Source: Phoronis australis (taxonomy: Eukaryota; Animalia; Phoronida). From it: DNA of 64,000 bases. Below, piece after piece: positions 26,308 through 39,176 of the stretch. Positions within the stretch are counted from its first letter, which is position 1; each line of letters opens with the position of its first letter. The stretch lies in contig NMRA01000018.1 in assembly GCA_002633005.1 (NCBI GenBank), positions 1,561,531 to 1,625,530 on the forward strand, given 5' to 3'. Below the pieces are notes generated by a model. The model was given only the letters and a program-made list of their open reading frames with translations. It was not told the DNA's origin and searched no databases. A program made the translations under genes and the position numbers.

Positions 26308-27250
26308 CATAGGCGGATTTAGGGCTGCCGCAATAAAATAAAACAGCAAGAGCGTAGGGAAATGTTGAGTCTATTAATTAACCCCGGTAATTAAAATTAT
26401 ACGGATGAAACAAGATTTAAATGTGTGCAGTTTTAGTGTTTGGGGGAGGGGGGGGGGGCTCAGATCCAATTTCAAGTGTCAAATTCGGAACACGGCATAT
26501 TCGTAACTATGGCTAAGTATAGGCCCTAACGCGATATCCCAGGCGACCGGCAGTGGCGCTGCGCACTACGACTACGTCTCCGTCGGCAGTGAACAAAATT
26601 TACTTCATTTTTAAAGAAAATGGAACCTGAGTGACGATGAAAAAACAGAAGCTGCTGGTAAGATGTGAATTTTAATCGAAGCCTTAGTGAATAACTCAGA
26701 AACTCATAATTCTCTCTTTGTCAGACCTTAACTTAAGAAGATTTCCAAAGCAATCCCGCCATTATTGCCAACACGAAAAACGGATTTGGTCTTTTGGGCA
26801 TTTGAAGACTATATTAACTACAACAAATATGTTAAGAACCAATTGCACAAAATATAAAACGTGTAATAAGCATTACAAAAAGAAGTAGGCTTCGTGCGCA
26901 AACGTTGTGGACCATAAAGAAGTAGGTCTCTTAGTTTAAGTGTAGTAGCTAAAGCATGGTGGCGTAGTGGTAAAGCACGCCCGCTCTATCCGCCAGGTCG
27001 TGAGTTCGAGTCTGTGGTACTGGCAGTTTTTCCTGTTTGACACGTTCTCCATTTTTTGCCTTTTTTTCTTGGATAATACTTCAGGAATCAAGGAAAATGC
27101 TTCATTTTTAGAGGAAAAAACAGAAAAAATCCTGGGCGGGACGTGGGTCCCCCCATTCGGTGCTATGCGCACCTACAATCGTGGTTTGAGCAAATGCTTA
27201 CAGTCGGACAAAACGTTGGCCCCCCTTGTGATATCCTAGATCCGCCACTG
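26308..27250 (-). mobile_element. hAT5-like family 1, copy 2, inserted in the 3' UTR of copy B
   Basis: CATAGGCGGATTTAGGG ... CCTAGATCCGCCACTG; TSD GCACG at 26303-26307 and 27251-27255; empty site TTGCACGTG in copies A (820) and C (61934). Confidence 0.9.
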
Positions 27251-29396
27251 GCACGTGTGAATAACAATACATTCATCAAATATACCGAGAGTAGCGTTGA
27301 CGAAGTAATGTCCCGCAAGACATTCCGAGTATCGACCGAGCTAGACCTGAGGTTGAGGTCGATATGCGAAATAATGTCGGGATATATATGTATCTACGCC
27401 AGTTGATCCATAATGCAGTTGAAGAAGCTCTAGGCTTGTGGGACAGGCGAAACTGCAAATGGACCAGCTGAGCTGAGGCTGAAAAAAGATACGTCGCTGG
27501 CCTCTCTGATCTGCAATTACAGTCACGTGTAGCGCGCATTCTAATTTCTGAGTGTTTAAATAGAGATTTTGGAATTCTTGGAAACCATTTTCCGGCATTT
27601 ATGTTTCCGAGTAATTTTCGTAAACATGTGACTCTCAACAGCTTCACGTGTGCAAGAACAACAAACGTGCTCTTATGATGCGGGGACTTTAAGTTTTAAA
27701 GAAACATAGCCGGAAACTCGGGTCACAGGCAATACGTATATGTGCCATTTTCGAATTTTTGGATTGGCCTGAAGCCCATGTATGCCTACCACGTCATTCA
27801 GCTCCCCCCATAGGCCTGTGGATTTCTTATTGAGCAGACAGATGTCTGGATATTTCATCAAAATTGCTCGAGAAAGGTCGCGTTTCGGACCTGGGCCCGG
27901 AGTCTAATCTTTGCACTCGAATTCAAACTAGAATTTTTTTTTCGTTTTTTCCCTTCTACTCGCAATAAGTGTCTATAGTTCCGATTTATTTACGTTTTGG
28001 TGTATATGGACGGGTGTCTAATCTTAGGTTGAACTTGACAACCTCAACATGAAGTTATAAGTCCGCACTCGAAATCTGTAGTTGTATCTTAGATTTGGGG
28101 TCATCAAAACCTCATCTGCGTAAACCATTTTGTACTGTGGCGTAGAATTATACAAAATTATTTTGAACTGTCAAAAAGTGATTTCGAGTTTAATTTTGAA
28201 CATAAAGATTAGACCCCAGTACATGATACAAGCGTTAAGCGCGCAGGGTATTAAAATAAGGTAAGAAACTCCTAACGCGGCTCGTGAGACACCGAGAATT
28301 AGCACTGCCTTCGAAGTGAGTAAACGGAACATCGTCTCGAAAATTTCGGTTATAAGTTCATCTATTTCGAAGGTTTGAATGAAACCTGAGGTCAATATTC
28401 ACTTGATTAAGGCCCAGTTATTGCAAAACATACTTTATTATCCAGTGTACACTTTGAAAGGGCACGTTTCAGTTCGCCAGGTGATGGGTGGCTAATTGGA
28501 AACGTCCTTCTAAAACTGGTGGCGTAAGAGGATTTACAAATTTGGAACTACTCGGGTATGAAACACTGGCATCTGCCCAGGGCGACGAACATTTCCCCTC
28601 TGATGGGCCTAGGTATATGGAGACCATATTGAGGAGGTTTTTGAATTTTGAAAATTGGACAAGAAATGTGACTTTTACAACGTTTATTTAACGTTGAAAT
28701 AATATTATCGTATCCTCATTAATTCTACCGGCTGTGCAACATGATACGGCCAGATACCAAACCACCAGGCAGAAGTTGGATTTTTAGGTAAGCCAAGTAA
28801 CATCGCACAATTCTTGGGATGACAAGAGCAAGATATTGCTGTGTATTTTCAATGAGAGCACGTGATTTTAGCTGGATTTTTACCCCACGAGAATACTTTT
28901 GAACAATACCTTGTGAACGTATTCCTTATAGTCCAGTGTTTGGTCGTCGTCATGTATAGGCCTATGGAACATGTAAGGCCAGAACATCAAAGAAAATTTA
29001 CAATGTCCTGAAATTTCTCGAACCCCAGAAAACTCACCGAACGCCGGTTACGAAATTCCCAATGCCCAGATAGCTCACAGCCTCACAGAAAGTTTGCAAC
29101 CTCAAAAAAGTTCACTCTGTTGTACTGGAGGAACATAAAAGGCCTTGAGCCGAAGGAATTTGCATGAACCTCTCGTTTGCATGTGCTGCATGGTAACTGT
29201 CAATGATTTGAATCATCTTAAAGAATGCAACAGCTTATTTGAAATAGCATGAGCAAACAAAATTACAAATCGAAACAGAATGGAAGCGATTACAGATTTT
29301 GTGGGTAAAATTGTGTTTGTTTTTTCTTCAATAGTATGCAAAGCAGATACATTTCAGTCACGTTTATTGGATACATTCGATATTTACCCCACGACG

Positions 29397-29921
29397 TTAT
29401 ATGTTTATATACATAATTATACTATATGTTATAATGTATATGTATATATACATAATTATACTATATGTAGTAATGTATATGTATATATACATAATTATAC
29501 TATATGTAGTAATGTATATGTATATATACATAATTATACTATATGTAGTAATGTATATGTATATATACATAACTATACTATATGCAGTAATGTCTATGTA
29601 TATATACATAACTATACTATATGTAGTAATATATATGTATATATACATAATTATACTATATGTAGTAATGTATATGTATATATACATAACTATACTATAT
29701 GTAGTAATGTCTATGTCTATGTATATATACATAACTATACTATATGTAGTAATGTATATGTATATGTATATATACATAATTATACTATATGTAGTAATGT
29801 ATATGTATATATACATAATTATACTATATGAATAATGTATATGTATATATACATAATTATACTATATGTAGTAATGTATATGTATATATACATAATTATA
29901 CTATATGTAGTAATGTATATG
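29397..29921. repeat. 39-bp AT-rich minisatellite, ~13 copies
   Basis: Unit AATGTATATGTATATATACATAATTATACTATATGTAGT with occasional 6-bp expansions. Confidence 0.95.
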
Positions 29922-30169
29922 ATAATGCGACACAGAAATAGACAAACTTCTTATCGCATGAGCGTAATAATTATCCGTCCCAAATACAACTATCGAAAGG
30001 AGGCGCTGTGAAAAGATCATGTAACACGACTTCTCATTGATTAAGAGAACTAATTAACAATCGGAAGTACATGCACAGCGATGTAGTGCGAGGTGTTGCA
30101 AACTAACCTTACATGTAAATACCTAGTCTCCAACTGAATTTAAACATTAATCTTTGTAACTTTTGGTTC

Positions 30170-30455
30170 TACGGTGGCTGTGAAAGGACGGCAACGCAAC
30201 TATTTTTCTCCGTTGCTAACTCTATCGGTAGACTTACTATCTCTATCGATAGACTTACTATTTCTATCGATGGACTTAGAAACTCTATCGATAGACTCGA
30301 AATAATAAGTCTATCGATAGAGTTAGTAAGGCTATCGATAGAGATAGTAAGTCTATCGTTAGAGTTAAGAAGTCTATCGACAGAGGTATTAAGTCTATCG
30401 ATAGAGTTAACAACGCAGAAAAAAGTTGCCGTGCCGTCCTATCACAGCCACCGTA
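30170..30455. mobile_element. Foldback-type MITE with TA ends and inverted internal 21-bp repeats
   Basis: TACGGTGGCTGTGAAAGGACGGCA ... TGCCGTCCTATCACAGCCACCGTA; arrays of CTCTATCGATAGACTTACTAT on the left mirrored on the right. Confidence 0.85.
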
Positions 30456-31304
30456 CGTTTGTATGTAAGGAAAGATGGAGAGCCAAACGCTATCAACAAA
30501 GACGTTGATGTTATGTGCTTTGTTGTTATGTAGACCTAAGTCACGTGGAGGACATTAAAATCCAAAGCAAGGCTCACTGCGATAAGGTGGCACTGAATAG
30601 TTAGGCTACGGCCGCGGCCAATTTGCACTGCCAAAATATAGAAATTTTGGGGTAGGCCAAGTTTGGGGGCATTTTGTAGGTGGGCATTGCACGTAGGCTC
30701 AGTGAATGTGGTTTGTTTGTATTTGTGAACATGCTGTGAATAAAAAAGGCCACTTTCTTGGCTGTAGCTGCACTCTTCTTCAAGATGGCGGCCCCCGGCT
30801 GCAATTGTGCATTGTTGGGTAGCGACCGAGAAATTGGCTGTGGTTTTAGGTAGCCCTCAAACAAGCAAGAATTGCCAAAAAACTAGTTGGTTGACAGTAC
30901 TTTTTGACCACATTTTCGGAATCGGTAGGAAATTTGCTTTCAGACTCTAATGTTGGTTTTAGTCGTGCATTGGCAGGGAAGTGGTGTTTTTCGGGTGAAA
31001 AGTGCCGATTTTGCATTATTTTGCCCTTATTTTTCTTAGACTAGCTTGGTTTTCAGTGGGAATGAAATGGTCAAAAATACAAGAAAGAATAAAGTTTCTG
31101 TGCTCATCTGCTGGGCTTTTTATGTGAAATAATTGAAAACATGCCATTCTTTGCATCCTGTTTTTGACAGAGTGAAGAAAAGGTTACAAATCAAGTGAAG
31201 TGTGTTTTGCTAGGCAAAACCCAGTGAGAACTGTTCTGTGCCTCCATAAACAAAGCGGAAATTTACATTGCGTGAGTTAAATGGCCGGTCTTTCGAGTCC
31301 AACC

Positions 31305-31450
31305 TGGGTATTACATCTTGAAAATGTGTCGATAATTAACCAAAGAGACGTAGAAAACTACATTATAGAACAAGTCAATGCACCAAAGAGTTGTCTGACG
31401 AAAGGGTATAAGTTTTTTTCGGAAAACTAGGTTCGAAACATGAAAAGTAA
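31305..31450 (+). mobile_element. Possible transposon accessory-gene remnant (SWIM/YqaJ-type N-terminus)
   Basis: LENVSIINQRDVENYIIEQVNAPKSCLTKGYKFFSEN*V resembles the KGYxFFxExYV motif of transposon-linked YqaJ genes; recognition from memory only. Confidence 0.3.
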
Positions 31451-32789
31451 AGATGACCTAATTGCGGCGATCGTCACGGTAGTGTTACGAATTAGGTATT
31501 ATGCTGAAGGCAGGGCTTCGTTTCTTCTTGTAAATTGTTGATAAAAATGCTTTTTACACGAACCAGGTCATCTGCTTGTATTGTTGACGAGCTAAAGATA
31601 TATTCGACAGTGGTGGCTTATCGCATTTTGCTGTCATGTGCAATTAGTCACATCTGGTTTAATTTGTTGATCAAAAGTATTAATACCAAGCATATAGCCT
31701 ATGTCCTGGTGAGGTAGGGACTACTGGGACTAACAAGTGCTTTGTCATTGATCTGAAAGAATAACTGATGTTATTAAATATATTTTTTATTAAAATTAAA
31801 AACCAAAAATAAAAATTATTTGACCATTTTTTAAATGTTGAAAAAAACGAGCACAGCCTCAGAAATCGCTTTCGCATTATATCCAGGTTCTCATTCACTC
31901 CATTACACACATTCACAAGTAATTATTTGACCATCAATTCTGCTTTCTTGGTTTTAATAATTCTTATATACAGCTGTACGTCTATTTCATGTGTTAGGTT
32001 TCAAAAATCAATCTGGACCAAGTTGAATTTTAAAATTAAAACACCCGACTTGTTAGTCCAAAGCATAACCTTGTTTTTCAGCTCAATTTCAGTTAACTGC
32101 ACAGAGCAAGCATAGTTATCATGTTTCTTCAGGGCGGCCTCGTTCATCCGCGGAAAGGTGCTTGTGTGCCTTCGTGAGAGGAGCATTTTTTCGCCGAGTA
32201 AGGGGAAAATCTACCTCCCAATCATCATCAATAGCACACCCGCACTTTGCCCTTTCAAATTGTCACCTATGTGGATACAGGCGGTTTGAGCTTCGGAGAG
32301 AACTTTTCAATCAATAGGGGAATTTTAAGGGCCTCGTGGGGGGAATTTCGGGGGATTTTTGAGAGGGGAATAGGGCCGATATTCGGCCCTAAAATCGAGT
32401 TATTGAGGGCCCTGTCTTTTTTGAAAGGAAACATGCATCATCTTTCACCCCGTAGTTTTGAAAACACAGCCTGGCTGAACGAAGATTCTCCTGTCGTTGC
32501 TATGACGCTCGGCAACCAAGATGCGAGAAAACATGATCAAACTTTCCGAAAACATTTATAAATTTTACAGGGACACATTTTTCTTCGTCGTGCGTATGGC
32601 AACGACCCAACGCTTCCGAATCTCAACGTCCTCAGGGATTGTAAAACAGACAGTTAAGTGTCCGTATTTTTTCTAGCCGTTCAAGCAACGCGGAATACAA
32701 CCAGTATGCCGATAAGCCAACAGAGATATCGTAGCGAGCCTCGTTTTGGAACGTGCCTCCTGTCGGCGTGAATTAGGTCTATATTTAAG

Positions 32790-32961
32790 TGACCCGACGT
32801 TGTCCACCACTAAAAGTTCCAGTTCACGACCGGTTTCATTTTATTCCGGTCGCAATTCTGGTGACGTCATCATACTCACCTGCTCCATTGGATACCAGCT
32901 GGTTGGAAACGACATTCTCACGTGCACCCCGTTCGAAGTGACCCACCGCCAACGTGTGAAG
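32790..32961 (+). pseudogene. Orphan Sushi/CCP-domain pseudo-exon
   Basis: tttAAG|..RRCPPLKVPVH /fs/ SGDVIILTCSIGYQLVGNDILTC /fs/ SDPPPTCE-G|GTaaat; four Sushi cysteines spread over three frames, phase-1 donor. Confidence 0.7.
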
Positions 32962-34534
32962 GTAAATATAGAACTGATTTAACTGAGTAACTGTACTCTA
33001 ACGCATTTCGCAAGGGACCCTGCACTTAAAGGAGCGTTTGTTACTATTTAACTGTCAATATTGAATTCTCAACAGAAGCGTATTGGAGTATAAAAACATT
33101 CGATGTTCCCGCCACAGTGGGTTTCATTCACAATCAGTTTAATAAAGGGAACTTAATAAGAGTCATTGAGTAAACGGAATATGCAAAATTGATTTGGGGG
33201 ATTTCAAGGACCTCCAGAAACAGTACAATTAACTCTGAAAATGTAATTCAGTCATCGAAGATATCAACACCAAACTAAAACATATGTTTCAACAAAAGCC
33301 TGACCCTGTGGTCGGTATAATTGCTCGACATGTAACTTCCAATCAATCACACATTTTTACCGTCAATTGGTTCCTGCCGTTTTCGCCACGGAAGATGGAG
33401 GGACGAAGGTAGTCACTGACTGATGCTAACAGTTTTTGGTGCGGTGATAGGCTGAAGGCCCGTTATTAATCTCGACTGAGCGTACATCAGTCCAGTCAAA
33501 CACATGTCTATGTATTGCCTGTTCTGTGCTCCAGCCAATGCTGCGAAGCTTTGACTCGCATCGCATCGCATGTTGTCAAACCTGTTCGGCATGTATGTTT
33601 TAGGGGTTTTGTGATTACACTAGATGTGTTATGCGAAAAATATAGGCAACGTCTACTACATTGTCGTTTTTGTGAATGGCATACAAAAGATTTTGCGCCA
33701 CGTTGTTACCACAATAAATGGACAACCCGGGCGATGAGTCCCTGAAATATTAATAACACAAGCGATGAAAAACCTCAATTCGAGATACTACATTACCACT
33801 TTCCAGAACTTCCACCTCTACACTCGTTTTGTTGACCCATGCAGATAACACTGCCAAGCCCAAACATTCAACTTAGTTTATACCGGTCAAAATCACAACT
33901 ATATCTGAAAAAATTCCTGGGGTAGTGGCAAGTTGCTTCCAGTATGTGAAACAAGTTTGTGAACAGCAGAATCCCCAATCCAGGACTAAACGGGATCGCC
34001 GATTTTCGGTAATTAAATTAGCAAAATATGTTGAAAAGCTCAAATTATACAGTGACGAGGATAATCCAAATAATATTCATGAAAATGTAGCTTATTTTAA
34101 TATAAATTTTCAAGTCGTTTATTATTTGGAATCAAATTTAAGTAAAATATGTGGAATTTTGGTCTTGATCAAAACACAACAGAACGTTTGAAGCGGGATC
34201 TCAAAATGAAACCACTGTGTCCCTTCGGGATGGTCCGTATAAGAGTACTAGTCAGCAAACCAAAATTTAACAAGTCTTGGTACTAAAGATTAACTTGGAC
34301 ATTTTGTCTTAACGAGGCTGAAAAAACACGTGTGCTTGTAACTCGCAGAAGGCTAGAGTTGGTTGGAAAGAACAGTGTAATTGTCTGAAGATTCAGTTAA
34401 TTGTTTATCCTTTGCAGCAGTCGGCAGTTTGTAAAATTGTATTTGAACTCACAACCTATTGATCAGATCGCGCATGCCCTTCCATTGCTGCACCACGTTT
34501 TCAACAACAACACCATTCTAAGACACAATGCACT

Positions 34535-35083
34535 TGTTCATGGTCCACACCGTTCGCGCGTGTTGGCATTAACCGCGCGCTTACTTTGCAAATCGTCTTA
34601 ATTTTTAAGTTTGACAAGGAGAGAATGATGAGTGACTCTCTCAGACTTCGATTAAATTCCACATGTTAGGAGCAACTTACTTCTGTATCTTCGTCAGTCA
34701 GCTTCTGTTTTCTTTGAAAAAATGAAGTAATTTTCTCCATTGCACATTGAAGCAGACGAGTGGTGCTGGCGGCGCCACTGCCAGTCGCCTGGGATACCAC
34801 GCACTTATTGACCGGGAGAAGCATTAATTAGCTATAGTTACAGTTACAATTGAGCTGGTTATCTGCATCGGACACTCTAAATTGGGTCTGAGCCCCCCAC
34901 CCCGCCCTCCCACACACACACACACACACGCACACACAAACTACAACTCCACACTTTGTCAAATCTTGTTTCGGCCGTATAGTATTAGTTACCGGGGTTA
35001 ATTAATAAGCTAAGTACATTTGCAGCTTTATTTTTTTGCTGCCACCAAGGGGAGGAGGGCGGGCTCCCCTCAGTCCGCTTCCT
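34535..35083 (+). mobile_element. Older diverged partial copy of hAT5-like family 1
   Basis: Colinear similarity to 3245-3904 (ATGGTCCACA, TTAAGTTTGACAA, AAATCTTGTTTC, TTACCGGGGTTAA and terminal region). Confidence 0.65.
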
Positions 35084-35629
35084 GCCTTGGTATTATAAAC
35101 ATTTAGAGCTAACGACCGGCGTTGATGCATTCAAAATATTGGTTGCCAACCGACAATCACTTTATCCTGTTGCAACTGTTTAAGTGAAAAACAATCAAGT
35201 AAACGTCATTTTCTTGCATAATTCTCCGCCTTTTGTAACAAAGAAAAACCTGTCTTTGTTTTAAAAACAGTACGCTGGGGATTCGCGCACGTGCCATTTC
35301 CTAAACTTTTGCGACATCAGCTTCCCAGAAGCACATTTTCTTTTGAAATTCGGTTTAGTGATATTAAAATACTAAAAACTTGTAACGAAATAATATCATT
35401 TACGATAATTTGTTTCGACATGTACCAACCCCGTGGAAGAGAAAAACAGTTGATTGAAGAAATGGGGATCAATAGTTGACGCAATATTTCATGGCGCCGA
35501 AAGCCGATTCAAAAGATCGCACCACAATTTCAGCAAATTTAAATATACATGTAGAACGCCAATTTTCCAACACCGGTAAATATCAAATCTTGCTCAAATT
35601 TTCAGGGGCATACCGTGGTTGAGATTTTT

Positions 35630-36220
35630 GGAGTTTCTGGCGGGCACAACTTGAGTGTAAATTCTCTGTCATAGGTAATTCAAGTGATCAGTGGCATGTT
35701 TTGAATCACATGGAATTAGTTTTCTGTGATACTGTGAATATATGAGGAAGCTCATTTTTTGGGGGGGGTCCTTTTTTAGTTTGTGGCAGACACTTATCAG
35801 AGTGAAGTTTGTCTGCTATAGGTCATTCGGTGTTCAGTGCTTCACAACTGTTCGTTTTAAATTTTGAACGGTACCTCGAATATCTAATCTAATTCAAGTT
35901 TTCATTGGCATGAAGTTTTTAAGATTTCTGGCGGGCACAACCCAGAGTGTATTTTTTCTGTCATGGGGAATTTAGTGGTCAGTTGCATGTATTGAATCAT
36001 ATGGAATTGTTTTTGTGGTACCTTGAATGTACATGTATGAGCTAGCTCATGTGGTTGTCCTTTTTGGGTTTCTGGCGGATCCTTTTCAGAGTATAACTTG
36101 TCTATCATGGGTTCAGTGTTGCACGATTGTTCGTTTTTAATCAATTTTTGCCGATACCTCGAATAACTAATCTGGCCCCCGTTGCTACATGTAGGTCCCC
36201 ATGGGCAACACCCAGAGTGC
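35630..36220. repeat. Diverged ~290-bp tandem duplication
   Basis: TTTCTGGCGGGCACAAC..TCTGTCAT..GCATGT..GAATCA at 35634 and 35924, partial third unit near 36203. Confidence 0.7.
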
Positions 36221-37205
36221 AGACACCTGCAGACATCCATTTTTACATATTGGGGTGCACTCTAAGGGCTCCGGTTGTCAGTTGTTGGTACCTCGTTCAT
36301 TTATGCTCTGGAGCTGTCGGTCTATTAAAACTTTATTTGCTTGTACATCGTTGCTATTGTCCCAAGTTCATTGAAAACGGCTTTCGATAGCAACTAATGT
36401 TTGTGGCCCAAGATGGTGGACGATCACAGTGTTCACGTCCTTGCACGTCTTGACTGGTTGAGATTAATAGCTCGATTGACGTGTAAGGGCCACCCGTTTC
36501 TAAAGAAAGTCGTTTTTATAGTTAAAGTTTGGAATAGTAAAATCTAACGACATGGCACAAATAAGCGTGAGGCCATTGTCGATCAAGCACACCCACGGAA
36601 TTTCTCCTATATTTTGCGTGTATGCTTATTTGTTGCTTGTTTTTATAGTCAAGGGGACAAATGTCGTAGGATAAGTCAGGACAATAGACGCAGTACGTAA
36701 GATTTATCAATCATTTTTGTCAAATAAATAAACGAAACGGAGTTTTAATGATGCTAAGCAACTAACTAGAAACCAGAACTGTTTTCTTATTCTTTTCATG
36801 TATTCACATTGTTGTATTAATGTGATCAAGACAAACCATGCTTCTTACAACTACGGAAAATATCGTGTAACAACAAAAAGAATGAGAAATTGGCATTTCT
36901 CAAGCACTTTTTTCGTTCAAAGAAGCTATGTGATAACTAATCTGACAACAACAAAGGTAAGTTTTATGGATTTAGCCTGATAAATATCGCAATTTTACCG
37001 CATTGCCAAGGTTACCTTCTCTAGAGATAATACGAAATTAGAGTTGTTCTGAGGAATTTAACGGTGTGATAACACAATTATGTAACGGCCGTGTCATCAC
37101 CTGTGTACACATAGGCGGATTTAGGGGGGACAGGGAGCCTGCCCCTTGGCTGCCGCAAAAAATAAAATAGCAAGAGCGCAGGGAAATGTTGAGTTTATTA
37201 ATTAA

Positions 37206-38670
37206 AGGAGCATGCCACCCAAAAAACAACCTAATTTGTATCAATTTAGATCGAGTAGTTCTACTCCATAACGACACGTACAGTTGCGTTACCTGACACC
37301 TGACGGCAGACGGAGGTGTTAAAATTATCCAATGACGTCATCGGTTTCACACGCAGTCTGTTCAGCAGTTCACAACACGGGTTACTGGTGTCAGCTTATC
37401 GCTTGAAGTCATCGTTTAACACCAATAAATCATATCAAACTTCGATGTAAAACCCTTAAAAATACACCGAGTTCTTATAAAAACGTGTTGTTTTATTTCG
37501 CTCATACGGATTTATTGGTATTTGGACACACCGTAGCCTACAAAGTTCGGCAGGCCAATAAAGTTCCGTAGCAGGAGTTCGGGGTCTGTTCGGAGATAAT
37601 TTCGAGGTATTTTCCGTGAGATACAGACAGGAGAACCTAGATCTGTGTTGTTTAGACTTGTGATTTTTTTAGTTCTAAACACAAAACGTGCACGTGATTA
37701 TGTTGGTGAATTAGCCACGAAACTGCAAATCTACTTACTCGTAGGGGGCCGCGAATTCAGGTTCCGCTTTGGCCACAGCACCGTCAGGACAGAAGTTGTA
37801 CACTGAAAATCATTATTTGAGTAATGTAAATGTAAATAAAGATTCCCCTAACACCTGGCCGTGGGATGGAAATCGAGTTGTTTCACAAGCTCTGCCAGCA
37901 AACACTAAATTAGCATGAGCTCACAGGGCCTCGTTGACCCGTCAATTAGTTTTATTGCACCTGAAGCCGGTAACGCAGTGATTTATTCATTACTGGCTTC
38001 TCAAATCATTTGCTCTCACGAAAACTCCAAAGGCATTACAAATTGCATATAATGAGACAGACTTTGTTTCAGTTTTGTATAAGTATTGGTTAGGGTGAAA
38101 TTAATTAATTTTGAAACAGAACGCTCAGTAATAAACGCCAACATGGCAACTCGCAATCCCGACTTAGGACGAGAGCTAGCTAGAGCTCATCAGTTCTGAC
38201 TTCGCAGGTGGATCGTTAAGTTTTACAGGCTATCAATTCGAACAGGAATACAGTGATGAAGAAATACTAGAGAGGCGCCTTGAACAAGCTCAGACAACGG
38301 AAAGTATGGAGTTATTTGGTAAGCCGGCATTCGTGAGGCACTCATACTTGCTATTTACAGCGTACGTTTCATTCTTCACTACCATAAGCCACTTCCTAAG
38401 CATTTCAGAATCTCGAGGAAGTAAAAAAAAAAAACTGTATACCCACTTTCCTCGAAGCTGCTTAGTTCGGACAAGCGGGAACGATGCACCGCAACATAGC
38501 GGCATTCACTCTGCATATGAACCACTGACGTCGCTAGCGTCGTTTCTCACCTTCCTCACAGGTTAACGCGACACATCTTGGCGAGGTAAGGTCGACCGTA
38601 TGCGAGGCGATGTGGATATAGACAGATTAAGAAGGCAAAAAAGACTAATTAAATAGGGTGGCATTATCCT
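37206..38670. mobile_element. Kolobok-type deletion derivative nested in the hAT element
   Basis: TTAA|AGGAGCATGCCACCC ... GGGTGGCATTATCCT|TTAA; THAP remnant on minus (38505: MPLCC..VPACPN..LPRDSEMLRKWLMVVK); GYQFEQEYSDEEILERRLE on plus (38228) like a KolX N-terminus. Confidence 0.8.
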
Positions 38671-39176
38671 TTAACCCCGGTAATTAAAATTATACGGATG
38701 AGAGAAGATTTAAATGTGTGCAGTTTTATTGTTTGGGGGGAGGGGGGGATCAGATCCAATTTCAAGTGTCGACGCAATCGTAACGGAACTATCGCTAAGT
38801 ATAGGCTCTCCCGCGATATCCCAGGCGACCGGCAGTGGCGTTGCGCACTACGACTCCGTTTCCGTCGTCTGCTCCACTGTGCAATGAAGAAAATTATGGA
38901 ATCTGAGTGGCCATGAAAAAACAGAAGCTGCTGGTAAGATATGAATTTTAATCGAAGCCTTAGTGAATCACTCAGAAACTCATAATTCTCTCTTTGTCAA
39001 ACCTTAACTTGAGACGATTTCCAAAGCAATCGCGTCTTTTGGGCAATTGAAGACTATTTTAAATACAACAAATTTGTTACGCACCGATTGCACAAAATAT
39101 AAAACGTGTAATCAGCATTATAAAAAGAAGTAGGTTTCGCGCGCAAACGCTGTGGACCATAAACAAGTAGGTCTCT

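Noticed and set aside
29280-29835. Long ORFs with repeated YVYIHNYTICSN units on both strands
   Set aside because: By-product of a 39-bp (multiple of 3) AT-rich minisatellite; no gene context
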